A stretch of DNA of 63,794 nt, counting the filler, from Chiloscyllium plagiosum (taxonomy: Eukaryota), in NCBI RefSeq assembly GCF_004010195.1. It is 4 parts of one record of this genome, joined end to end, with 100 filler letters (N's around TTAATTAATTAA, not from the genome) between each part and the next. Parts side by side here need not be neighbours in the genome. Positions count along the whole stretch, not along the records: positions 1 to 16,265 come from NC_057711.1; positions 16,366 to 33,565 come from NC_057711.1; 2 more parts are not named here. One strand, given 5' to 3'. Positions 12,879 to 23,817 of the stretch are shown piece by piece. Made by a program: the position numbers and the translations under genes. Every line of letters starts with the position of its first letter. Position 1 is the stretch's first letter. The notes under the pieces were generated by a model. That model worked only from the letters and a program-made list of their open reading frames with translations. It did not search any database and was not told the origin of the DNA.

Positions 12879-13854
12879 ACTCCCATGCTGTGGTCAAAGC
12901 TGACAGCAGGATAGGACAGACTGAATGAATTGAGCAAAACAGGGGAACTGACTTGTAAAAACTGGAAAATTATACACCACTAAACCATGCTGTAGTAGAT
13001 TATGGTACTTGAAAAAGGTATCTGAATTGAGAGTGCTTAAGAAAATACAATAAATAGAAAAAGTATTGCCTTTTCTCATGAACTGACAAAGCAATCTTCA
13101 AGTTTCCAGATTACGGACTTATATCATTCAATACTAGGAGTATCTGAGAGGCATGTTTTTGGGAGCCAGTAAATAACGAACTAGAAACACTTGCTGCTGC
13201 AATGTACGACAGCATCAGGACTGGCTTACTGTGGATCATCCACTGGTCAGAGTGGAGTTCAGAGCAGCTGATTCTCCTGCCTGTTGTTCTCCCCACTCTG
13301 ACCTGATATGACTCCAGGAATTTTATTCCATGATTCAAGCACCAATGGGAGGCAATATGTGGAATCTTATCCAAATAGGCATGCAAGCAGCAGGGAGCTT
13401 GATAGCAGGTTGGGAATCTGTGTCATTCAGGAGAAGAGTTTGCTGTGTATCTACGTCAGCTCCAGCATTAATATTCAGCTTTCACATTTCAGGGTGGCTG
13501 AGATTGCCAAAGATTTCTTAGGAAACTCAAGCTTTCATGACAGGTCATTGCAGTCACCTGCAGCAGTTAGTCAACATTTGGACCTGAGCAGAGATCATAG
13601 TGTATCAACTGTATAAAAACCAAAAGAAATGTAGATGCTGTAAATTGGAATCAAAAATAGAAATTGTTCAAAAAAGTTAGCAGGTCTGGCAGCATCTGTA
13701 TAGGATAGGCTGAAGGGCTAAAATTGTTGATGATATTTGATAGTTGCATGATCTTTCCATACTGTAGGGAATCTAATCTTCACGTTAGAGAAGAGGAAGT
13801 TCAAAAAGTTCTTAGAGAATAGAAAGGTGGATAAATCTCCAGGACCTGATCTTG

Positions 13855-14137
13855 GGGCAGCACGGAGGCTCAGTGGTTAGCACTGCTGCCTCACAGTGCC
13901 AGGGACCTGGGTTTGATTCCTGCCTCGGGCAACTGTCTGTGTGGAGTTTATACATTCTCCCTGTGTCTGTGTGGGTTTCTTCTGGGTGCGATGGTTTCCT
14001 CCTACAATCCAAAGATGTGCGGGTCAGGTGAATTGGTCATATTAAATTGCCCATAGTGTTAGGTGTATTAGTCAGCGGTAAATATAGGGTAGGGGAATGT
14101 GTCTGGGTGGGTTACTCTTTGCAGGGTCGGCATGGAT
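13855..14137 (+). mobile_element. HE1-type tRNA-derived SINE
   Basis: Head ggcagcacggaggctcagtggttagcactgctgcctcacag with A box and B box (ggtttgattcc), followed by the HE1-type body. Confidence 0.85.
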
Positions 14138-14302
14138 GAGTCCGTGAATTCTCCTGTAAGTGCACAATCAAAACTTGCTTTCTGTACTCAAAAGCAACTT
14201 GATTTCAGTATCTGCTTTTCTGTGCTGGCTGTATGTTACACTGTATAAGAGAGATAGTTTCGTTCCAAGATTTTGGACTTCACCTTGGACCAGGATCACA
14301 AA

Positions 14303-14320
14303 TGGTCTCAGGAATGAACC
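14303..14320 (+). promoter_or_regulatory. Putative tRNA-Leu primer binding site
   Basis: TGGTCTCAGGAATG matches TGGTGTCAGGAGTG (complement of the tRNA-Leu(CAG) 3' end, from memory) at 12 of 14 positions, and sits directly after CA-AA. Confidence 0.6.
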
Positions 14321-14553
14321 TAAGCCTGCAGGGGAGCCGTCAGTGGAGGGGTCCCTGAAGTGCATGAGACTTATTGCTTTTTGCCTTTCTTTTCCATTTT
14401 TAACTTATTATTGTTATCATCATTCTTATTTAATCAACATCCATATTTTTGCAAGTTGCTGTTGTTGAGTCTTCTCTTAATTACATTTAACCAAATCCAA
14501 AAGAACTGCTTGGATGCACTCTATGATCCATGACATTTTTTATGGGAATAAGG

Positions 14554-15140
14554 ATGGGATTCAGGAAGATGTTCAAGAGACGGGAAAGACAACCTAATGC
14601 TCCGGAGATCTTCTGTATTCCAGGATGGAATGTACCAAACTCTTGATTCAGGTCTGTAGCTAATATGTTTGCACAAATAAGACTCCTGCAAGAATGGGGA
14701 GCAGTTACATACAGAAAAAGAGAGAAAGGAGAGTTATTTATACATGCTGCTGTACAGGAGTGCTTGCGGGAAGCGGGCTTCCCCAAAAGCAAGGGCAGTA
14801 TACTGCAAAGGGGGATGGATACTGTAACAGCTTAGTGTTTTACGTGGAGAGAATTATATGAGTGCCAGGCCAAAACCAGGCAGCTTGAGGTCGCATTGAC
14901 ATTGGTGAAACAGCATAACATCACCCTCAAAGAAACAGTTAACATAGCAGAATGAGAGAGCTGAGAAAGTGGAGGAGAAACAGAATCAGGTAGAATGCCA
15001 TTTGGCAACAGTACAGCAAAAAGGAAAGCAAAATGCCACATTGGAAAGTTGGCCCAGTCAAAGTGTGCACATTATGAACCTCTCGATGGGAACCCAACCA
15101 TTGGGATGGAGACATTGGTATTTTTCTGATTCAGAGTACC
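14554..15140 (+). pseudogene. ERV-L-like gag N-terminal fragment with stops and frameshifts
   Basis: MGFRKMFKRRERQPNAPEIFCIPGWNVPNS*FRSVANMF...coiled-coil...VGPVKVCTL*TSRWEPNHWDGDI, which matches the ERV-L gag motif VKVRAL...WDP.TW.GD.W. Confidence 0.7.
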
Positions 15141-15149
15141 AATGGACAG

Positions 15150-15938
15150 ATGTGGAATGGGATTCACGTTTTTGGATTATTGGAATCTCTTCTGGGATAG
15201 AAATGACAAGAAGGATGGATTGCACCAGAATTGGAAGGGGTCTAATATACTGGCAGGGAGATTTGCTAGAGCTGCTCAGGAGGAATTAAACTAATAAGGT
15301 GAGGTTGGGGAAAGAGGAGACGGTGGGGCACGGGGAGATAGTGAGGAAAGAGATCAATCTGAGATTGTTACAATTGAGAAAAGATGCGAGTCAATCAGTC
15401 AGGGTAGACAGGGACAAAGAAAAGAACAAGGTAGGAGTGATAAATTAAACTGCATTTATTTCATTGTAAGGGGCCTAACAGGTAAGGCAGATTAACTCAG
15501 GGCATGGTTAGGAACATGGGACCGGGATATCATAGCAATTACAGAAACATGGCTAAGGGATGGGCAGGACTGGTAGCTTAATGTTCCAGGATACAAATGC
15601 TACAGGAAGGACAGAAAGGGAAGCCAGAGAGGAGGGGGAGTGGCATTTTGATAAGGGATAGCCTTACAGTTGTGCTGAGGGAGGATATTCCTGGAAATAC
15701 ACCTAGGGAAGCTATTTGGGTTGATCTGAAAAATAAGAAAGGCATGATCACCTTATTGGAATGGTATTATAGACCCCCTAATAGTCAGCGGGAAATTGAG
15801 AAATAAATTTGTAAGGATAACTCAGTTATGTGTAAGAATAACAGGGTGGTTATGATAGGGGATTTTAACTTTGCAAACATAGACCAGGATTGCCATAGTG
15901 TTAAGGGTTTAGATGGAAAGGGATTTGTTAAGTGTTTA
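15150..15938 (+). mobile_element. CR1 ORF1 end and ORF2 APE endonuclease fragment
   Basis: IIAITETWLRDGQDW, YYRPPNSQREIE, IGDFNF. Confidence 0.9.
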
Positions 15939-16265
15939 TGGGCAGCATGGTGACTAAATGGTTACTACTGCTGCTTCACAATGCCAGGGACTTGGGTTTG
16001 ATACCTGTCTCAGGTGACTGGTTGTGTGGAGTTTGCACACTCTCCTGTGTGTGTGCGGGTTTCCTTCGGGTGCTCTGGTTTCCTTCCATCATCTAAAGAT
16101 GTGTACATCAGGTGGATTGGTCAAGCTAAACTGCCTACAATGTTCAGGGATGTGGAGGTTAGGTGCATTAATCAGGAGAAATGTAGAATAATAGGGTAAG
16201 GGTGGGATACTCTTCAGAGCGTTGGTGTGGACTTGTTGGGCTGAAGGGCCTGTTTCCACACTGTA
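15939..16265 (+). mobile_element. HE1-type SINE
   Basis: tRNA-like head and a CR1-shared 3' end (ggacttgttgggctgaagggcctgtttccacactgta). Confidence 0.85.
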
Positions 16266-16365
16266 NNNNNNNNNNNNNNNNNNNNNNNNNNNNNNNNNNN
16301 NNNNNNNNNTTAATTAATTAANNNNNNNNNNNNNNNNNNNNNNNNNNNNNNNNNNNNNNNNNNNN
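16266..16365. other. Artificial 100-bp assembly join with central TTAATTAATTAA linker (also at 33566-33665 and 60337-60436)
   Basis: The same N-run/TTAATTAATTAA/N-run structure occurs three times; the linker puts stops in all six frames. Confidence 0.95.
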
Positions 16366-16855
16366 TTTCTTTAGATCCACTGGCAACATTATTTACCCAG
16401 TCCACCTGCATATTGAAGTCTCCCATGATCAATGTAACCTTGCCTTTCTGACATTCCTTCTCTATTTCCCGGTACATGTTGTGTCCCTGGTCCTGACCAC
16501 TGTTAGGAGGTCTATACACAACTCCAATTATGTTTTTTTTGCCTTTGTGGTTCCTCAATTCCACCCACACAGACTCCACCTCATCCGACGCTATGTCATT
16601 CAATACCATAGATTTAATTTTGTTCTTAACTAACAAGGCAACCCCACCCCCTCTGCCCACCTCTCTGTCTTTTCGATAAGTTGAAAAACCATGGAGGTTT
16701 AACTGCCAGTCCTGACCCCCCTGTAACCAAGTCTCTGTGATGCCTACTACATCATAATCATTCACTATTATCTGTGCCATTAGTTCATCGGCTTTGTTAT
16801 GAATGCTACGAGCATTCAGGTAAAGTGCCTTAATGCTAACTTCCTTATCATTAGA
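16366..16855 (-). mobile_element. Young CR1 ORF2 APE endonuclease domain (open frame)
   Basis: ORF 16310..16882: LYLNARSI..VVGITETWL..GGGVALLV..VYRPP..MGDFN. Confidence 0.92.
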
Positions 16856-19380
16856 GATGATGAAAAGCAGTGGACCCAGCACCGATCCTGTGGCACTTCA
16901 CTGGTCACAGACCTTCAGACTGAAAAGCAACCCTCCACCACCACCCTCTGTCTACTACCTTCAAGCCAGTTTTGTATATAAATGGTTAGTTCTCCATGTG
17001 TTCCATGTGATCGAACCTTGCTAATCAGCCTATCATGGAGAACTTAGTTGAACATCTTACTGAAATCCATATATTTCATGTCCACTGCTCTGCCCTCATC
17101 AATTCCTTGCCTTTCTAAATACATATAAATCCTGTCCCTCAGGGTTCCCTCCAACAATTTGCCCACCACCCATGTCAGGCTTACCAGTCTATAGTTCCTT
17201 GGCTTTTCCTTACCACTTTTCTTAAATAGTGGCACAACATTAGCCACCGTCCAGTCTTCTGGCACCTCACCTGTGGCTATCGGTGATCCAAATATTTCAG
17301 CAAGGAGTCCAGCAATCGCCTCCTTAACTTCCGTAAAAATTCTGGGATACACCTGATCTCATCCTGAGGATTCATCCACATTTATGCATTTTTAAGTCTT
17401 TCAGCACCTTCTCCTCTGTAAAATGGACATTTTTCAAGATATTGCTACTTGTTCCCTATGTTCTCTATCTTCCATATCCTTCTCCACAGTAAACATTGAT
17501 GCAAAATACTTGATTAGTATCTCCCCCATCTCCTATGGTTCCACACATAGGTGGCCTTCCTGACCATTAAGAGGCCCTATTCTCTTTCTCTTTACCCTTT
17601 TGTCCTTAATTTATTTGACAAATCCCTTTGAATTCTCCTTAACCCACTTACCAAAGCTACAATTCTACTGCCTTTATACCCTTCTAGAGATTCACTTGAT
17701 CTCTGCTTTCAATACCTGACATAGGCTTCCTTCTTATTCTTGACCAAAACCTGAATTTCTCCAGTCATCCAGCAATCCCTGCACCTACCAGCCTTGCCCT
17801 TCACCCTAACAGGGACATACTGTTTCTGGACTGTTGTTATCTCATTTTTGAAGGCTTCCCATTTTCCAGGTGTCCCTCTACCTGCCAACATCTGGCCCCA
17901 GTTAACTTTTGAAAGTTCTTGTCTAATACCATCAAAATTGGCCCTCCTCCAATTTAGAACTAATGATCTGAAAATGTAAATCCTTCTCCCCTTCATGAGC
18001 TCCTCAGCCAAGCATTCATCTGCTCTATTTTACCCTGACTAGCTTGTAGCACCAGGAGTAATCCAGATATTACTAGCATCGAGGACCTCCTTTATAAATT
18101 CATGCCTAACTTCCTATATTCTCCCTTCAGAATCTTATCCTTTTCCCTTCCAGTGTCATTAGTTCCAATGTGAACAATGGTCTCCTGGTGGTCCCTCTCC
18201 CTTTTGAGATTATTCTGCACCCTCTCCGAGATTTCCTTGATCCTGGCACCAGGTAGGCAATGCACCATTTTAATTTCTCACTATCGGGCACAGAAACATC
18301 TGTCTGTGCCTCTGACTAGAGAGTCCCCTATCAGAATTGATGGCTTGGAACCAGACGTAACCCTTATTACATTAGAGACAGTCTCACTATCAGAGACCTG
18401 ACTGTCAATGCTACATTCCCCTGAGAGTCCATCAGCCCCTACATTTTCCAAAACAGCATACTTGTTTGAGATGGGAATAGCTACAGAAGACTTGTGCACT
18501 CCTACTTCCCTCTGCATTCCTTCCTGGAGGTAACCCATTTACCTGACTGTATGTTCAGTTTATCTCCCTCCCTGTAACTGCCTCCATCAAAACCCTTCCC
18601 GTAGCTCCTGTAAGCTCCTCATTGCCTCTAACTGCCACTCTGATAGGATTTGCAACCAAGCACACTTCCTGCAGACATAATCATCAGCGACATGGAAACT
18701 CCCTAGTGTCCCACATCCTGCAGGTAGAGCACATCACTCTACTAAAGGCCATCTTTGCATCTTAAAAATCTACAGCTCCAGAAAGCAGCACAGTCGTATT
18801 GCTCTAAAACACTGCTCCAGACTAGTTTAGTAGTTTTGCTTTTTTTAAAGTTAAATCAAGAAATAGATTTCAATAAAAACATGCAATCACAAAAGAACCA
18901 ACCCTACTCATTATTGTAGATTTACAAATAAAAAGGTTACACTTTAAAACTAGCCACTGGACTGCTCCCCTGCTGTGAGCCTCCCCACACAGGTTTCTCC
19001 AAGATCAGCTGTGAATTTCACTCTTAATTTTTCTTGGACAAACTCCAATATCAAGAGATGCTTGAAACCAAACAGCAGAGGCAGTTAGCTGTGCAGATGA
19101 CTGCTGGCTCAGACTGCTGTGTAGGTTTACTGCTGCATTTGATTCACTTCCCAAATGGTCACTACCTTTGTTTCTCTTCCTCGTTTATAAAGTGCTGTTG
19201 CTTTGATCTTATTTTTCCCTAAAGATCCAAACAATGCAACATCTTATAATATCGTAATTTCTGCTCCTAAAATTCCAGGAAATCAGCTCCAACACTGAAA
19301 ATACCCCAAAAAAGGACCAGCTCTTCCAGGCACACTGTTTTCCCATCCTCTATCTTGGATTACCAAGAATCTTTCTCCAA
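16856..19380 (-). mobile_element. Internally deleted CR1 with probable 5' UTR, ORF1 (Cys-rich plus SGNH esterase) and RT pieces
   Basis: ORF1 ILIGDSLVRGTDRCFC (18281..18538) with a Cys-rich N-terminus near 18650-18750. ORF2 pieces VPEDWTVANVVPLFKK and YMDFSKMF. Confidence 0.85.
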
Positions 19381-19469
19381 TTGTGGAGAAGGATCCTAGC
19401 CAGGATCAAGTCCAGGGCAATTGATTGGAGTAAAGTCCCTTTTTAGAAGTAGAAATAGTATCTCTCCAC

Positions 19470-19622
19470 CCTGGAGGCTTCCTGCCTCTATTCCTGATGA
19501 AGGACTTTTGCCCGAAACATCCATTTTCCTGCTCCTCGGACGCTGCCTGGCCTACTGTGCTTTTCCAGCACCCCTCTGATCTAAACTCTGGTTTCCAGCA
19601 TCTGCAGTCCTCACTTTTGCCA
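19470..19622 (+). mobile_element. Penelope-like family 2 pLTR with degenerate hammerhead motif
   Basis: CTGATGA-A-GGAC-TTTT-GCCC-GAAA-CATC at 19494-19521; same terminus as the RT-encoding element at 38.7-41.6 kb. Confidence 0.8.
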
Positions 19623-20924
19623 AGAATATGGGAGGGACAGTATCAGCATGCACTGAGAGAAACTGAGGAGGGAACATGGGAGGAAGTGTGCCAACAGGAA
19701 CAGAGAGAGACTGAGGAGGGAGAAAGAGTTAACAGGAATTGAAAAAGAGTAAGCAGAGTGTGAAGAGAGAGTGTGTCAATAGAAACTGAGAGTGAGTAAT
19801 GAGTGTCAACAGGAACTGACAGTTAGGACTGAGATAGCTTAGCACAACTGAGGGAGGGTTGGGAGGGAAAGATAAGAGCAGTGAGCTGATATCCCTGATT
19901 ATATCCTTATTGTGTATTTTACACTTGGGAACTGAGAAAAATGGTATTTGTAAGCATTTACAGGAAGTGTCATCACTTTGTAGAAATGGGGGTTGCTGCA
20001 GATGTGTTAAATGCTCCCACCAGATGGCATTGTCATCTTAGTGTAGCCACTCCAGGGTTCTTTCGGGTTATGTATGGCTTCACACACAGTTTATGCATTG
20101 TTGCCTTAAATCAATATGTGTGGCTGTTCAGTGTGGTTATGAGTTTTGATCAAAACATCATTTTTTATCAAATCTTAAAAGAGGGAAATGGAGTTGTAAG
20201 TAAGTGATATGGATAAGAAATTGAAAATATATGAAAGAGCTGGAGGCTATTGCCAATTATGTTTTTATGGCTCAGTAAGCTGCTTGGAAAACTAGATTCG
20301 TCATGAAGTGCGATCATAAAGGTAAATCAATTTCAGAGAATATGTTGCTTCAACTATCACATTACACAATGCTTTATCTGACACTATATCACATCACAGG
20401 CTGCATTTACAAATGTATCTGCTTCGATGACTTTTGATAAAAATATACAGACTGTCTAACAGGATAATTTATTCACCTATGATCGCACAGATGTAAATAG
20501 GGAATTAAAGTTAAAGGTATTTTCAAGCTTCTCTCAATATTGTTGTGGGAAATTTCCCTACCAAGCAAAGTGTGATATAACTAGGAGACCCTGTCCTCTA
20601 GTCTGTGCTGAATTTGGTCAGGGCTCAAGGTGTTACTTTTGAAACAAAAGCAAAATACTGTGGATTCTGGGAATCTGAAATAATAAGAAAATAAGTTGGA
20701 AGACACCAGTAGGTTATTCAGCTTCTGATAACAGAACAGAAAACTTATTTACCCGGATTTTGTGCTAGCCAACCTTAACTATTCCAGTGTGATGGGAGTT
20801 GCACACTGGGACCTTGCAGCATTCCCATCATAGTAGACTCTGAAGGAAATGTCCAAGAACTTGAAGATTCTGCTGATAATTCCCTAATGCATGAACCTTC
20901 CAAAAAAACTCAATTTAAATCGGA

Positions 20925-21280
20925 GTAGGGATACAGATAAGGAAAATGGCAGAGGTCTTTTCCCTAGGGTGGAGGATTTCAAGACTAGGGTGCATGTTTT
21001 TTGGGTGAAAAAAAAAAAATTTGAAAAGACACAAGGAGCAACGTTTTGACACAGGGAGTGGTTCATGTGTAGAATGAACTTCCAGCGGAAGTGATGGGTA
21101 CTTGTACAGTTACAACACTTAAAAGACATTTGGATAAGTACATGAATAAGAAATGTTTGGAGGGTTATAGGCTAAGTGCAGCTGGTGGGACTACTTTAAT
21201 TTGAGGATTATGGTCAGCTTGGACTTGTTGGACTGAAGAGTGTGTTTCTATGCTATATGGCTCTATGACTCTGACTCTAA
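20925..21280 (+). mobile_element. CR1 3' end
   Basis: ORF2 C-terminus remnant, 3' UTR and ctatgactctgactct tail. Confidence 0.85.
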
Positions 21281-21554
21281 TTCAGAAGGTTTCAATGAAA
21301 TTAGATAAAACAGTTACTTGGGAAAATTTAAACTATTAAATATGTAGTCTAACTCCTGAGTAACTATTCAAGTGATTCCCTATTTACTTCACACATCCCC
21401 TCACCCCAACTACATCTCTCCAAGATCTCTTACATGCCAGAGACTCTAACCCAACACTCCCTCGGGAACTGACCTCCCTTACTACCCCTTCCTCTGCAGT
21501 CTGACATGCTTCCCTCTTCCCCCACTTTGCATATGACCCCTCCCTCCCCCCGAG

Positions 21555-22452
21555 TGTTGTTGGAGCTTATCCAGACAAACGGGGACTATTCAATCATTTG
21601 TGACTTGTGGATGATGAACAAGCTTTGGGGAATCAGGAGGTATGGTATTTGTTACAGAATTCCAAGTTTTGCAACTACAGTATTTGTATGGTTAGTTCAG
21701 CTCAGTTTCAGGTCAATGGTAACCCCCAGCAGATTGATGGTAGGGGATTCAGTGATAGTAATACCATTGAATGTCACTGAGCAATAGTTAGATACTCTCT
21801 TTCATATGTGGCATGAATGTTATTTGCCTCATACACGCCCAAACCTGGAAATTATCTTGGTGCATTTGGATGCAAATTGCCTCTGTAAAGTGAATGATAG
21901 TGTGTGGAAATGAACACAGTACAATCGTCAGCAAATATTCCCAGTTCTGATCTTATGATGATGGGCACTACCCTGCAGGATTCTTGCAGAATTATCCTGG
22001 AGCCAAAATGATTGACTACCAGCAACTACAACCATCATCCATTGTATAGGTATGACTCCAGTTAGCAGATTTCCACTTGATTTTCATTCATACAAATTTT
22101 GCTGGAGCTTCTTGATGCCACAATTAGTCATGTGGCCTTGATGCCAAGGGCAGTCACCTTACCTTGCCCTGAGATCAGTAATTTTTGTCACTGTCAGGAC
22201 TAAGGATGTGATGAAGTCAAGAGCTGTACGACTTTGGTGGAACTCAAACTTAGCATCAGTGAGCAGGTTACTTTTTATTAAATGCTGCTTAATAGCACTG
22301 TCAAGATCTCTCCCATCACTTTATGGATGATCAAAAGTAGATTCATGGGTGTAATTGACCAGGTTGGATTTGTCCTATTTTTTGTGAAGAACACAAAGTT
22401 GGGCAATTTTCCACACTGCATGTTATAGCTGTACTGGAACATCTTGTCAGGG
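21555..22452 (-). mobile_element. Old CR1/L2-clade LINE RT fragment
   Basis: Minus strand GIFADDCT; same family as the element at 62.1-63.2 kb. Confidence 0.7.
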
Positions 22453-23456
22453 CCCATTGTCTTTGCAGTGGAGTGAATCCTGCATCACCTGCAGCTCAAT
22501 TATTGATATCTCGGTGGGAACATCAGCCTCAGAGTGTGTGGGAGCACAATCTGTTGAGCACTTCACTGCAACAGTTCTGCCACTAGCCAACTCGGAAACT
22601 GTCCAAACCACTGGCACTCAGAAGACTGCTGGAAACCAGGCATCCAACCCAGGTGGGTGAGGGAACCATGTGGCATCAGTAAATAGAGCTACACCCACAT
22701 GCACAGGAGCAACAGACAGGTATATGGGACACAATGGCCCTCATTGGCAGAAGCAGTGAGTTTTATGACTGTTTATCCACCTCCGTTAGTGCTGCCATGG
22801 AGAGCTAGGTCCAGCACCCTCAAGGTCAACTGAAGAGGCACATATACCTGCACTCCATCACTGCAGTCATTGGCCCTAATGACCAAAGGCATAGCAACTG
22901 TGTGATGGGAAAGCTGGTGCACTCTCTGGGTGCTCCTTCCTCACATAGACATCAGACTGTGGTAGGAAGCACCCAGTCGGAGGAGGAACCTCACAAAGCA
23001 GCTGCATTCAGGACACTCCAGATTCTTCCACCTCCACCCTGCCTTCCTCTTCCACCTCTTGGCAGTGCACACTGAGGAGGGTCAACTTGCATCTGGAAAG
23101 AAGACCCACAACCACCGCAAGCTCCACCTCCAAGTGTCGATGAGCCCTCAAGCATTCAGGTGTCCTTGCTGATGGCCTTTCCTGTAAAGCCCAAAGGCTT
23201 TGCACCTCCCCAGATCCCCACCTAAACATTCCACATGGGCTTGCCTTTGCTGAACTTTCCCAACCAGACCCTGACATATGAGGTAATCATGCCAAGTGTA
23301 ACTGCAACCCATTACCTTTGAGTGTCCTAACTGGGCATCCCTGGGATAAGAAGTGCCCAGACACCTGACGAATGGCTGCACATTTTCCTAACAGCTTTAG
23401 CCCTACCTCTATCCATTATAGAGCAACAAAGACTGCCTACTATGGCACTCCCTGTA

Positions 23457-23675
23457 CATGTTGTTCTGCAATAATGTGCATTTCATTAACACAAATTCTC
23501 TATAACATGACTGATGAATTGGGGACACTCTTTCTAAAGTGTGATCTTTTCAAACGTGTGTTGGCTGTAATGCCATTACAGCGCTAACACTTTAAGCGCT
23601 GTTTCTAAAGCATGATTTTTCTATAACACAGGGTTGCACAAGAACGCAACCATCATGTTATAGAAAAACTACTTG
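23457..23675. mobile_element. Tc1/mariner (Tigger/pogo-type) MITE
   Basis: TA flanks; imperfect TIRs catgttgttctgcaataatgtg / catgttatagaaaaactacttg; internal palindromic motifs. Confidence 0.65.
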
Positions 23676-23817
23676 TACTGCAGAGGGTCAAACCCCTGAC
23701 TGAGAATAGCCCAAATGAATGTCTGACTGTGGTTGATCTCCTTATCCGGTATTGGAGGTTGCCCCTGACATACTGTGCTGGATTCCCCCTGACCGATGAG
23801 CACCTCATGGACAATTC

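Larger units (their letters stand above)
4745..13600. repeat. Diverged tandem array of ~1.4-kb Harbinger-derived units (three near-complete periods) interrupted by LINEs
   Basis: Homologous anchors recur in order: ccactggcaa 4775/7019/8840; ggagctgca.aagctg ~5101/7788/10428; ctgacagcagg ~5137/7823/12900; ttcaagcacc ~6353/8246/13334. Spacing is ~1.4 kb once CR1 inserts are removed. Confidence 0.85.
14140..15150 (+). mobile_element. ERV-L-like (class III) endogenous retrovirus remnant: end of 5' LTR, PBS, leader and 5' gag
   Basis: LTR-like end ...atcaCA (14300), 2-nt spacer, PBS-like TGGTCTCAGGAATG (14303-14316), then a gag-like frame from 14530/14554. Truncated by a CR1 at ~15150. Confidence 0.7.

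Noticed and set aside
16266..16365. Repeated TTAATTAATTAA palindrome inside N-runs (also ~33610 and ~60381)
   Set aside because: Scaffolding linker placing stops in all six frames; not biological.
20015..20032. CTCF-like motif ccaccagatggcattg (similar ccagcagatggcatc at ~54099)
   Set aside because: Short motif matches are expected by chance in 64 kb; no supporting evidence.
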